A stretch of DNA of 64,000 bases from an uncultured cyanobacterium (GCA_963740315.1 CAVUDP010000004.1:736001-800000), one strand, 5' to 3'. Positions 40,133 to 50,243 are shown, counted from the first letter of the stretch. Numbers and translations: made by a program. The notes: generated by a model not told the origin, from the sequence alone.

Positions 40133-40801
40133 TTATTCCACCAAATGATGCTCCATTGCAAAACGTACTAATTCGACTCGATTACTAGTATCGCTTTTTC
40201 TTAACAAGCTGCTAACATATTTTTCTACAGTTCGAGGACTCAGGTGTAAGCTATCGCCAATTTCAGCATTAGAAAGTCCATGAGTTAAAAGTTCTAAAAC
40301 TTCCTGTTCTCTATTGGTGAGAGATTCATGTAATTTAGTTATTTTATGATTAGAAAAATCTGTTTGACTAGTAGCATCAGCTTTTTTAAAATTTTCTTGT
40401 AACGATAATTGATATTCAGATTGAATAATTTGACTTCGTTCCAAAAGATTACTAATCGCAGCAGCTAATTCTTCAAGTTCAAAAGGTTTGGGTAAATATA
40501 AATCGCATCCAGATTGATAACCTAAAATTCTTTCTTGTGTTTGAGTTCTCGCTGTTAATAAAATAACGGGCAACAGACGAAACTGGGCTTGCTGACGCAC
40601 TCTACGCACAAGTTCGTAGCCATTCACTTGCGGCATAATAATATCGGTGACAATCAAGTCTGGATGGTGTTTATTCACCATAGTAAAACCTTCTTGACCA
40701 TCATTAGCTGTTATTACAGTGTAGCCAGATAATCCGAGATAATCGCTGATAGACAGACGAGTACCTAAATCGTCATCTACTACAAGAATTTTAAAGGGCA
40801 T
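40133..40801 (-). CDS. NarL/LuxR family response regulator (Ycf29/Rre1-like paralog)
   Basis: REC (VDDD, TDIIMP, KPF) plus LuxR HTH (LTNREQEVL, LSPRTVEKYVS). Confidence 0.92.
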   Translation of the reverse strand: MPFKILVVDDDLGTRLSISDYLGLSGYTVITANDGQEGFTMVNKHHPDLIVTDIIMPQVNGYELVRRVRQQAQFRLLPVILLTARTQTQERILGYQSGCDLYLPKPFELEELAAAISNLLERSQIIQSEYQLSLQENFKKADATSQTDFSNHKITKLHESLTNREQEVLELLTHGLSNAEIGDSLHLSPRTVEKYVSSLLRKSDTSNRVELVRFAMEHHLVE

Positions 40802-41292
40802 ACACCTTACACCCCAATAACATTTTTTAACTTCAGTTCTAGACTTAGATGAGTACTATCGATAAACATTACCTCCACTCCAGTACTCTTATTTTTCATA
40901 CTATGACACCATTACCTTGAATTCACTCTCTCAAGGGTGAATTTATTAAAAAAATGTTAAATCATCAGAATGAAATATTTGTTAAGAAATATTACGGATA
41001 TTTAATGTAGTTCAATTAATATACGCTCAAAAATAAATATATCAACAATTGTATTAAGTTTTTTAAGTATACCTCTGTAGCTCAATATCTAACTGAATAT
41101 GTCAGGATTTGAAGATATATTGAGCAAAAATTGCTTTTATAAGTACTTGTGCCAACATTCAATTGAACATTTCAGGCAACGGTTAACTAAGCAGTAAATA
41201 TATGAATAATTTTCCTTGACTACTGATAATAGGAAAATCTATGCAAATTCAAAGAGTTATTTGTTATTGAGTATTTATGCTTAATATTTATT

Positions 41293-42630
41293 TTAATCTT
41301 TCTCAGGATGCAAGTAATCCTGGAAATAGAATTGAGGAATTAACCAAAATTTGAGCCAAGCAAAAGCTGCTAAACTTAATAATCCCGTTAGCATTAAAGG
41401 TAAACCAAGCTTAATTCTAAGTGCGTCGGGAAGAGTTGCCACAATTGAAATAACAATTGCAAAATATGTGACGAAAAAGACTTGTAAACGCTGTGAATTT
41501 TTCAGTGCATTTCTACAACTATTGCAATTTTGAGTATGTTGTTTGTAACGGTCGAGTAATACTTGACGGTTATCATTTATAGTTAATTTAGAATTTTCTG
41601 GAACCTTAATTCCGACTTGATTCCAAGGTAGCTGTCCTTGAGCATATTTATCAAACCAATTGCGAAATTCAATTATTAAACGGTCTGCACTAGTTGGTAA
41701 TTGGTAAGCAGTTTTCCAACTTTCTACCGATTGTCTTTCTTGAAGAAAATGCTCTTGCTGATGCAGAAGAATCATATCACCATCGAGGACTTGATTCCTA
41801 ATTTTGATATGACTCCACCAGCGCGGTATAACGCGATTGAGGTTTCCAGCAAAATTACGACTAAATTGAGCGACAATTCTTGATTTACCGGGGTAAGTTG
41901 GTATGCAGTAGGTGACAAGTCCAAGTTGCTTGCCTTCGTTACCAACACGGATTGTATATTCTAAGCGACAAGGCGGCTCAAAAGTAATAGTGGTATTAAA
42001 TCTTCCTTGTGAAGTCGCTTCAATTAAATTTACTGTTGATTTGATAATTTCTAAAGAGACGGGTGAAGCCTGTTCGCGATCGCCCTGTACGCCGTGATGG
42101 GTAAAAGGAACATGACTTGGATCTGCGACATTTTCTACAAGAGTTTGCCAATCATATTCTAAATCGCGGACGTAAGAAGACCAAACAAAACCTTTACTGG
42201 CATCGACTTGAGGTGAAAGAGGTAATGGAGTATCGGCAGCTAGTTGTGGTGAATTTGCATCCAGCCAAACCCACAGTAAATCATTTTCTTGACGTACTGG
42301 TAACGTCACCGCACAAAGATTTTGTTGATTTTTAGTCACAATCTGTGGATTCTCGGCTTGGGGAATCCGGGTACAAATTCCTTGAGCATCAAATTGCCAA
42401 CCATGATAGCTGCACATCAAATTACCCGTTTTTTCATCAACCCTTCCCTCGCTTAAAGGCGCAAGACGATGGGGACATTTATCGAAAAATACTCGGTAAT
42501 CGGATGATTGCGGCTTCCAGATAACTAAGCGAAGCCCTAAAACAGTGACTGCCGTTGGCTGTTGGGGGTTGATATCTTCAACAGGCGAGACAGGATACCA
42601 ATGCTGAAAAAAGTTGAATTCGGATTGCAT
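41293..42630 (-). CDS. Rieske non-heme iron oxygenase, PaO/Tic55 family
   Basis: CPH...CSYH Rieske motif; ENVADPSHVPFTH; C-terminal C..C and two TM segments. Confidence 0.9.
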   Translation of the reverse strand: MQSEFNFFQHWYPVSPVEDINPQQPTAVTVLGLRLVIWKPQSSDYRVFFDKCPHRLAPLSEGRVDEKTGNLMCSYHGWQFDAQGICTRIPQAENPQIVTKNQQNLCAVTLPVRQENDLLWVWLDANSPQLAADTPLPLSPQVDASKGFVWSSYVRDLEYDWQTLVENVADPSHVPFTHHGVQGDREQASPVSLEIIKSTVNLIEATSQGRFNTTITFEPPCRLEYTIRVGNEGKQLGLVTYCIPTYPGKSRIVAQFSRNFAGNLNRVIPRWWSHIKIRNQVLDGDMILLHQQEHFLQERQSVESWKTAYQLPTSADRLIIEFRNWFDKYAQGQLPWNQVGIKVPENSKLTINDNRQVLLDRYKQHTQNCNSCRNALKNSQRLQVFFVTYFAIVISIVATLPDALRIKLGLPLMLTGLLSLAAFAWLKFWLIPQFYFQDYLHPEKD

Positions 42631-42828
42631 TTTTGAAGCAGGCAGCAGCCAGCAAACGCTAAAAATAGATATCTACATAAAAAAACACATTATCTCAAAG
42701 TTAATCTAATCAGCATTAAAGTTCGCATTTCTTCACTTCGCTAGCATCGATCGGCAGTTTTTCAAGAGCTTTTTGGCGTAACCTGATATTTATATCGCCC
42801 CTTTTAAAGTTGAGAAAGGTTACGATTC

Positions 42829-43410
42829 ATGGCTTATTCCTGGTTTAAAGCATTTCATCTTGTCGGTATTGTAGTTTGGTTTGCTGGGTTATTTTACCTA
42901 GTACGTTTGTTTATTTATCACGTAGAAGCCGAGCAGGAACCCGAACCCGCACGCACGATATTGAAGAATCAGTATCAAATTATGGAGAAACGCCTCTACA
43001 GCATTATTACTACGCCAGGAATGCTGGTGACGATCGCAATGGCGATCGGTTTGCTTTCAACGGAACCCGAAGTTTTAAAACAGCCCTGGCTGCACGTCAA
43101 ACTTGGTTTTGTGGTGTTATTGATTGGCTATCATCATTACTGCAAGCGTTTAATGAAACAGTTAGCAGCAGGTGAATGCAAATGGGGTAGTCAGCAGCTA
43201 CGCGCTTTGAATGAAGCACCCACGGTAATGCTGGTAGTAATTGTTTTATTGGCAGTGTTTAAGAATAATCTTCCTACCGATATTACGGCTTGGGGAATCT
43301 TCGGATTAGTTATTGCGATGGCTGCAACCATTCAGCTTTACGCTAAAAAACGCCGTCAAGACAAAGAAAAATCAGCAGAAATTTCTCAAGTTCCCCAGCA
43401 GCAAGTTTAA
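42829..43410 (+). CDS. hemJ: Protoporphyrinogen IX oxidase
   Basis: WFKAFH, WFAGLFYLVRLFIYH, MEKRL, NEAPT. Confidence 0.95.
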   Translation: MAYSWFKAFHLVGIVVWFAGLFYLVRLFIYHVEAEQEPEPARTILKNQYQIMEKRLYSIITTPGMLVTIAMAIGLLSTEPEVLKQPWLHVKLGFVVLLIGYHHYCKRLMKQLAAGECKWGSQQLRALNEAPTVMLVVIVLLAVFKNNLPTDITAWGIFGLVIAMAATIQLYAKKRRQDKEKSAEISQVPQQQV

Positions 43411-43432
43411 AGATTAAAAAGGTCAAAGGTTA

Positions 43433-43515
43433 GTAGGTTGGGTTAGGTGCGTGAGAGTATTTTATTTTTAAACGAATAATTAATTATGCAACCTAACCTA
43501 ACATCGAATATTGTG
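43433..43515 (+). repeat. Partial REP/MITE-like element (GTAGGTTGGGTT family)
   Basis: Aligns with 46046-46126 (gtaggttgggttagg...aaacgaataat...aacatcgaata). Confidence 0.75.
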
Positions 43516-43533
43516 TAAATATTTAGTATTCAC
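43498..43533 (-). pseudogene. Possible 5' remnant of a RelE-type toxin gene
   Basis: GTG overlaps the antitoxin stop (GTGA); reads VNTKYL then runs into the repeat element and stops after 11 codons. Confidence 0.4.
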
Positions 43534-43721
43534 TCTTTTTCTAATTCTGCTAATGCTTCGTCTAAGCTAAGTGGCGTTTGAGCTTGAACTTCCTTCATCA
43601 GTTTTACTAAAGCGTAATCTTCAAGAATTTCTTCAATCTTTTCAAATTCAGCAATAGGAATTTGTACGGCGATCGGGTTTTTATTTTCGTCAAGTACATA
43701 GTTTTTATGTATTTCTAACAT
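43530..43721 (-). CDS. Putative type II antitoxin (RelB/Phd-like)
   Basis: 63 aa, acidic; YVLDENKNPIAVQIPIAEFEKIEE...LSLDEA pattern; SD GAGAGGA upstream. Confidence 0.65.
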   Translation of the reverse strand: MLEIHKNYVLDENKNPIAVQIPIAEFEKIEEILEDYALVKLMKEVQAQTPLSLDEALAELEKE

Positions 43722-43828
43722 TTTGACAATTCCTCTCTCAATTCATAAACATCTGATTTTAGTTTAGCTGGGGATATTATGCTAATTGTCTAATACAGAT
43801 GGGTGTAAGTCAGGTACGCATACGGTTG

Positions 43829-43893
43829 AGAAGTCGGGTTTTTAGAATACGTATCTGTAATACACTTACAAATTTTATAAAAACCCGACTTCT
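43829..43893. repeat. 16-bp perfect inverted repeat element
   Basis: AGAAGTCGGGTTTTTA-33 nt-TAAAAACCCGACTTCT. Confidence 0.85.
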
Positions 43894-44103
43894 GAGCATT
43901 AAATAGTCTACTGTAAATCTGGCCGCACTAATACGTTCTGGAGAATGACAGTATGCGATTTTTGTGGGGGAATTGGAAGTGCGATCGCCTATTTTCTATT
44001 TACGATATTTATATTATTTGAAGTAGCAAGGTATACAAAATATCCCACTTTAGGCTATGATTAACACTGAAAATTCGTTGAAATAAAAATAGGAGGAGTA
44101 GAA

Positions 44104-44772
44104 ATTCTTATTCAGTTTACTGATTTCAACGGAGCAGATACGCTTATAACTTCTCGCTACAATACTGAATGGAATGAAATCTCTAATATTCTAACTGAAA
44201 TTCCACTACATATAAAAGCTTCAGATCAAGCCGGAATTCAAGGAAACGCAATATTCGATCCAGTCGGAACAAACGAATATATTAAAGCTGCGATGGTGAA
44301 GTTTGCATGGAAAGCAAATATTCCTATCCCATCAGAATATAAGTTTTTAGGTACGGATATTGACTTTGGTAAAGCAGGTGTAATTGTTGAAAGTCAGTTT
44401 TCTAATTATCCTTTCCTACTCAACAATACTTTACGTTCTGAATTATTTTTCAAAGCTGGTATTATATTTGCCGAGCAACCGACTCAACTTGTGGTTTTAA
44501 TTACAAAAGCCGGGATGTTTCCAGCTTCTAATAGTACGCTTTATTACGAACAAGCCGTTAAGCAATTGACAGCTTTAACTGAATATAAAGTATTTGATGT
44601 TCCAATTAGACTTGTAGGATTATTTGAAGCTAAAAATACCACTATCCCTGTTATTTGGACTGTGTATTCATCAACAAGATATTCTAGGAAAGTTCAAACA
44701 AGGGAAACTCGTCAATGTCAAATCATACCAGGAAAATCAGCACGTAATCGTTGCATACTTCGCCTTTTATAA
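44104..44772 (+). CDS. BglII-like type II restriction endonuclease (proposed ATT start)
   Basis: Frame open from 44071; encodes TDFNGAD, PLHIKASDQAG, IFDPVGTN, GTDIDFGK, ESQFSNYPFLLNN, FPASNSTLYYEQA, FDVPIRLVGL, all recalled as BglII signatures; AGGAGG at 44091-44096. Confidence 0.85.
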   Translation: MLIQFTDFNGADTLITSRYNTEWNEISNILTEIPLHIKASDQAGIQGNAIFDPVGTNEYIKAAMVKFAWKANIPIPSEYKFLGTDIDFGKAGVIVESQFSNYPFLLNNTLRSELFFKAGIIFAEQPTQLVVLITKAGMFPASNSTLYYEQAVKQLTALTEYKVFDVPIRLVGLFEAKNTTIPVIWTVYSSTRYSRKVQTRETRQCQIIPGKSARNRCILRLL

Positions 44773-44779
44773 TAAACAT

Positions 44780-45877
44780 TTAATCCCATAAATTAAGTTG
44801 AATTTGTTCAACATTATTTTCTATTAAAGGTGTCTTTTTACCATTTCCATTTAACTTTCTATCTATAGGTGGTTCTTTTCCCCGCAAATTAGCAGCAAAA
44901 GCAGATTCTTCGTAAAGTAATCTTTCTTCCATCTCTTGCAAATGGTATTCTTCAGAATATATCTTTGCTTTGCTACGCTCTGATGCTTTTTTAGCTACTT
45001 GTACATCAAAACTAAATTTTTCAATAGGTTCGCCAGATTCTTCTACATAATCTCGCAGCGTTTTTAAATTAGGGAAACACCCATTTTCATCAGGTTTTTT
45101 ACTCAAACGACGTAGCGCAACTTGATAATATTTCGGCTCTAATTCTGCTCCTATAAAATATCGTTCGTAGTCTTGAGCAACAACAGCCACCGTACCAGAA
45201 CCCATATATGGATCAAATACAATATCATTCTTATTAGTAGTAGATAAAATAATTCGGGCAATCATATCTTCTGGAAACTGACACGGATGTATTGTCTGTT
45301 CTTCATGATTGTGTTTTACATTCCGAAATAACCAGATATCACCAGGATTTTTACCATCAGGATTACAAGAAAATTCACCCTTACGATTTCCCCGATAGTG
45401 TTTTTTATTTTGATATTTTTGCGGAACTCTAATCGCGTCTAAATTAAAAATATAATTATCCGATTTAGTAAACCAAAGCAGCGTTTCATGTCGGCAAGAA
45501 AACTTTTTTCGAGCATGAAGCCCATGTTGTCTTGCCCAAATTATGCGATTTTTGGGAATCAACCCGCAAGATTCCAAAATAGGGAAAAACCTAATATCTA
45601 AAGGAATCAACATTCCCTTATTAGAAAAAGCGCCAATCTGCCAGAATAACGAACCCGTACTTTTAAGAATTCGGCTACACTCGCGCAATACAACCGTTTG
45701 CTCTTGTAAATAATTTTCCAAAGCCTGCTTTGCTTCATATTCCTTACCTAAATTGTAAGGAGGAGAAGAAACAACTAAATCAACAGATTCATCCGGCAAG
45801 CTTTTCAGCAGTTTTAGACAATCTCCCAGAACAATTTCATTTAAAGGAAGTTGGTTGTTATTATGCGTCACTGCCAC
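44780..45877 (-). CDS. DNA methyltransferase, beta class (probably N4-cytosine)
   Basis: Motif IV SPPY precedes HPCQFP and motif I FDPYMGSG; convergent with the endonuclease. Confidence 0.92.
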   Translation of the reverse strand: MAVTHNNNQLPLNEIVLGDCLKLLKSLPDESVDLVVSSPPYNLGKEYEAKQALENYLQEQTVVLRECSRILKSTGSLFWQIGAFSNKGMLIPLDIRFFPILESCGLIPKNRIIWARQHGLHARKKFSCRHETLLWFTKSDNYIFNLDAIRVPQKYQNKKHYRGNRKGEFSCNPDGKNPGDIWLFRNVKHNHEEQTIHPCQFPEDMIARIILSTTNKNDIVFDPYMGSGTVAVVAQDYERYFIGAELEPKYYQVALRRLSKKPDENGCFPNLKTLRDYVEESGEPIEKFSFDVQVAKKASERSKAKIYSEEYHLQEMEERLLYEESAFAANLRGKEPPIDRKLNGNGKKTPLIENNVEQIQLNLWD

Positions 45878-46045
45878 ACCTGCGAAATGATAATACTTTT
45901 GAACTATTAGGATAATTTATTTTAGGTTGTAGAGCAAGGGGTAGGTTGGGTTAGCGAAAGTAGGTTTTGTCAATAACTTAGCGCGATTGTAACTGAGGAG
46001 TTGGGAGTGCGATCGCGCTTCTCGAATCATACATTACTGCTAATT

Positions 46046-46178
46046 GTAGGTTGGGTTAGGCGCACGAGAATATTTAATATGAAACGAATAATTAATCATG
46101 CGTCGTAACCCAACATCGAATACTGTTGTTAATCCGATTACTTTGTGTTGGGTTATGCTATCGCTCTACCCAACCTAC
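46046..46178. mobile_element. Complete REP/MITE-like element with 11-bp terminal inverted repeats
   Basis: GTAGGTTGGGT...ACCCAACCTAC ends, internal aacccaac/gttgggtt; partial copies at 43433 and 45941. Confidence 0.7.
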
Positions 46179-46888
46179 TCACTAACGTTAAATTTTTTAT
46201 TAGCTAGCGCTTTATAATAAACTTCTTGGCATTCCTTCATCCAATCATTCCATCTTGGATTATCACTAATATCTATATTCTTCCAATCCCAAATACTTTC
46301 TGGCAAAGTTTCTAACATATTGCTTTTAACATCTATATATCTAATATTTTGTAACTTACCAATGCTATCTGGCAGAAATCTCAAATTATTTCCTGCCATA
46401 TATAAATATTGAAGGCTTTGCATTTCGCCAATACTTTCTGGTAAAGACGTTAATTTTCCCCCTTCAATATTTAAGTATTCTAATTTTTTCAAGTTACTAA
46501 TAGTTTCTGGTAATTGATGCAAATTCCAGTTACTACATATTTCTAATTCTTTTAAACTTTCAAGATTACCAATAGTATCGGGTAAAGATTGTATTGCTGT
46601 ACTGCAAATTTTAAGGCGTTTCAAACATTTAAGCTGTCCAATACTATCAGGAATTTTATTAAAATCCCTCAACTCGCTAATACAACCTATAATCTCTAGT
46701 TCAGTAAGATAGGTTAAATTACCGATACTTTCGGGCAATTCTTTAAGCTTCCAACAATCAGCAATAGATAATTTTTGTATACTTAGGTCATTAAAAATAT
46801 TTTCAGGCAGATACTCTATTTCCCGGTAATCGTAAATTTGAAATACTCCACCATAATTTAATTGACCAATTCTAGGCTCTATGCCCAT
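46175..46888 (-). CDS. Leucine-rich repeat protein
   Basis: About 7 repeats of 23-24 aa, LPESIGNL..L..L.I type. Confidence 0.88.
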   Translation of the reverse strand: MGIEPRIGQLNYGGVFQIYDYREIEYLPENIFNDLSIQKLSIADCWKLKELPESIGNLTYLTELEIIGCISELRDFNKIPDSIGQLKCLKRLKICSTAIQSLPDTIGNLESLKELEICSNWNLHQLPETISNLKKLEYLNIEGGKLTSLPESIGEMQSLQYLYMAGNNLRFLPDSIGKLQNIRYIDVKSNMLETLPESIWDWKNIDISDNPRWNDWMKECQEVYYKALANKKFNVSE

Positions 46889-46953
46889 AAGAATATATAA
46901 ATAAATTTGAAAAAGCTTTTTACATAATTATATAGTTATTCTAATTAATTTAC

Positions 46954-46998
46954 GTAGTGCGAGCATCTTGCTCGCTCGATACAAGATGTTCGCACTAC
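46954..46998. repeat. REP-like doublet, GTAGTGCGAGCATCTTGCTCGC family
   Basis: gtagtgcgagcatcttg...caagatgttcgcactac inverted ends. Confidence 0.8.
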
Positions 46999-47041
46999 CA
47001 ACGACCTCTTTTCTCCGCAGGAATCACTACAGATGTAAAAC

Positions 47042-47098
47042 AAAAAAGCCCGCGCAGGCGGGCTTCGTTCATGTAGCCCCACCCTTGAGGGTGAGGGC
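47042..47098 (-). terminator. Double hairpin acting as probable acnB terminator
   Basis: aagcccgc-gcag-gcgggctt with a U6 tail on the - strand; second hairpin gccccaccc/gggtgagggc. Confidence 0.7.
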
Positions 47099-47106
47099 GG
47101 CATCTA

Positions 47107-49782
47107 TTACTTCCCAGCCCCCGTAGGCATCCCCAAAATATCCTCAATCTTCGGCATTTCTTCCAAAGGAATCACTCTCCCTTCATCCTCAAAACCTTGA
47201 ATTTGATCGAAGTTTAAATACTTATACAAATCATCAGCAAAAGGATGAATTTTCTTCGCCACAATATCCATATATTCCTGCACCGAAGGCAGTTTTCCTA
47301 ATAATCCACAAACGGCTGCTAATTCGGCAGAACCAAGGTAAACTTGTGCGCCTTTACCCATACGATTATTAAAATTCCGAGTAGATGTTGAAAACACCGT
47401 CGCGCCATCTTCAACTCTTGCTTGATTGCCCATACATAAGCTACAACCTGGCATTTCTGTACGAGCGTTTGCTTCTTCAAATACTTCGTAAATACCTTCT
47501 TCTTTCAATTGCTTTTCATCCATTCTAGTAGGAGGACAAATCCACAGTTGAGTAGTAACTTTTCCGGAATTTTCTAATACTTTGGAAGCTGCTCTGTAGT
47601 GTCCGATATTTGTCATGCAGGAACCAATGAACACTTCATCAACTTTGTTACCTACTACTTCCGATAGTAATTTTACGTTATCGGGGTCGTTTGGTGCTGC
47701 TACTATTGGCTCTTTAATTTCGTTTAAGTCGATTTCGATGATTTGTGCATATTCGGCATTTTCATCACCTGACATTAATTCGGGATTTGCTAGCCATTCT
47801 TCCATTTTGGCTACTCGACGCATGATGGTACGAGCGTCTTGATAACCGCGAGCTGCCATGTTCTTTAATAAAGCGACGTTGGAACGCAGATATTCGGCAA
47901 CTGTTGATTCGCTTAATTTAATCGTACAGCCAGCACAAGAACGTTCGGCGCTGGCATCTGTTAATTCAAACGCTTGCTCGACTTTCAAATCTGGCAAGCC
48001 TTCGATTTCCATGATTCTTCCAGCGAAGACGTTTTTCTTGTTCTGTTTCTCTACCGTTAACAAACCTTGTTGAATTGCGACGTAAGGTATGGCGTTAACA
48101 ACGTCTCGTAAAGTAACACCGGGTTGCAATTCGCCTTTAAATTTTACTAACACTGATTCGGGCATATCCAAAGGCATTACGCCCAAAGCCGCTGCAAATG
48201 CTACTAAACCGGAACCTGCGGGGAAGGATATTCCTAGAGGAAAACGAGTATGGGAGTCGCCACCAGTACCAACGGTATCTGGTAACAGCATCCGGTTTAA
48301 CCACGAGTGAATAATACCATCACCGGGACGTAAAGCGACACCACCGCGTTGCGCGAAAAAGTCGGGTAATTCTTTGTGAGTCTCTACGTCAACGGGTTTG
48401 GGATAAGCTGCTGTATGACAAAAGCTTTGCATTACCAAGTCAGCAGAGAAACCCAAACAAGCCAACTCTTTTAATTCGTCGCGAGTCATCGGTCCTGTGG
48501 TATCTTGAGAACCAACGGTAGTCATCAGCGGCTCGCAAGACATACCGGGGAGTACTCCTGGTAATCCGCAGGCTTTCCCGACCATTTTCTGAGCTAAACT
48601 AAACCCTTTACCGCTATCTTCGGGTGCTTGGGGACGAATAAATAAGGTACTGGGTTCTAAATTTAATGCTTCGCGGATTTTATCGGTAAGCGCACGTCCG
48701 ATAAGTAACGGAATTCTGCCACCAGCGCGTACTTCATCAAAAATAGTTTCGGGTTTGAGTTGGAAAGTAGAAATAACTTCGCCGTTTTCGTTGGTAATTT
48801 CTCCTTTGTAAGGATGAATCGTAATTACCATACCCGTTTCCATCTTGCTGACATCGCACTCGATGGGTAAAGCACCTGCATCTTCTGCGGTATTGAAGAA
48901 TATTGGCGCGATACTGCTGCCTAAAATATATCCTCCGGCACGCTTATTTGGTACGTAAGGAATATCCGATCCCAAATGCCACAATACCGAATTAATCGCC
49001 GATTTACGAGATGAGCCAGTTCCGACTACATCACCAACATATGCCACGGGATGCCCGTTTTCTTTTAATTTAGCAATAGTCGCCAACCCTTCAGGCATGG
49101 CATTTTCTAACATTGCCAAAGCGTGGAGGGGAATATCCGGGCGCGTGGTAGCATGGGTTGCGGGTGATAAGTCGTCTGTATTGGTTTCACCGGGAACTTT
49201 GAAAACGGTAACGGTAATTGATTCGGGTACTTCCGGACGAATTGTAAACCATTCCGCTTCTGCCCAAGAATCAACTACTCGTTTAGCGTAAGGATTAGTT
49301 TCAGCCAATTCTAGAACATCGTGGAAGGCATCGTAAACCAGCAGCGTTTTACTCAAAGCCGTTGCTGCATAAGCTGCGATCGGTTCTTTTCCTTCACCAC
49401 CCATTACCAAAGGTGTTTCGGAAGAATCCGATAACGATACACTGGGAGTTTGTAACAATTCAATCAAAGATTGAACGTTGTAACCACCCACCATAGTACC
49501 CAGCAATTGTACTGCTTCGATGGGTGAAATTAAAGGGCATTCAATTTCTTCTTTAGCAATCCCAGTCAGGAATCCAGCCTTTACATAAGCAGCCGGATCT
49601 ACTCCAGGAGAAACTCGATCGCGCAATAAATGCAGTAAATATTCTTCTTCCCCTTGTGGTGGATTTTTCAGTAATTCACACAGTCCAGATGTTTGTTTTG
49701 CATCTAGTGGTAAGGGAGGAATCCCTAATGCAGTTCTTTCTTTAGCGCGATCGCGATATGATTCGAGCATTTTCATCTCCAT
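47107..49782 (-). CDS. acnB: Aconitate hydratase B
   Basis: [45 protein letters not shown]. Confidence 0.97.
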   Translation of the reverse strand: MEMKMLESYRDRAKERTALGIPPLPLDAKQTSGLCELLKNPPQGEEEYLLHLLRDRVSPGVDPAAYVKAGFLTGIAKEEIECPLISPIEAVQLLGTMVGGYNVQSLIELLQTPSVSLSDSSETPLVMGGEGKEPIAAYAATALSKTLLVYDAFHDVLELAETNPYAKRVVDSWAEAEWFTIRPEVPESITVTVFKVPGETNTDDLSPATHATTRPDIPLHALAMLENAMPEGLATIAKLKENGHPVAYVGDVVGTGSSRKSAINSVLWHLGSDIPYVPNKRAGGYILGSSIAPIFFNTAEDAGALPIECDVSKMETGMVITIHPYKGEITNENGEVISTFQLKPETIFDEVRAGGRIPLLIGRALTDKIREALNLEPSTLFIRPQAPEDSGKGFSLAQKMVGKACGLPGVLPGMSCEPLMTTVGSQDTTGPMTRDELKELACLGFSADLVMQSFCHTAAYPKPVDVETHKELPDFFAQRGGVALRPGDGIIHSWLNRMLLPDTVGTGGDSHTRFPLGISFPAGSGLVAFAAALGVMPLDMPESVLVKFKGELQPGVTLRDVVNAIPYVAIQQGLLTVEKQNKKNVFAGRIMEIEGLPDLKVEQAFELTDASAERSCAGCTIKLSESTVAEYLRSNVALLKNMAARGYQDARTIMRRVAKMEEWLANPELMSGDENAEYAQIIEIDLNEIKEPIVAAPNDPDNVKLLSEVVGNKVDEVFIGSCMTNIGHYRAASKVLENSGKVTTQLWICPPTRMDEKQLKEEGIYEVFEEANARTEMPGCSLCMGNQARVEDGATVFSTSTRNFNNRMGKGAQVYLGSAELAAVCGLLGKLPSVQEYMDIVAKKIHPFADDLYKYLNFDQIQGFEDEGRVIPLEEMPKIEDILGMPTGAGK

Positions 49783-50243
49783 AAATACAATTTAATAATT
49801 TCTAATTGGACGTTTATTCTATATTTTTTAGATAAACTTTTCTTGAAAATTCGATTCTCCTATACATATTATTAGTAATTATGACGCTTTCGAGTTCTAC
49901 ACTATACAAACCATCTTGCAAAAAACTTCCGCAATTATTTTTTAAGAAACTGTTGTAATTATCGATCGGAAGCATGATTTAGCTCAAAAGTATAAAGAAT
50001 ATTTTTCATGTGTATATAGTTACTTCTATTTTTTTTATAAAATTAATTAATGGTATCGTAGCAACAATTGAGACAAGAACAATCATAAAACCTTTTTAGA
50101 ATTATTATTATCACTTTACAGCCAAAGTTGGCAAATTTATCTAATTTGAAAATAATTATTATATCTTGCTTTGTAGTTGAACTAATGGTTTATTAATAAT
50201 ATAAAATATTCAGTATTATACGGACACATACCATATATTGTAT

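Noticed and set aside
44293..44772. 159-aa endonuclease as called by the ORF track
   Set aside because: BglII-like sequence continues 63 codons upstream in the same open frame, so this start would truncate the protein.
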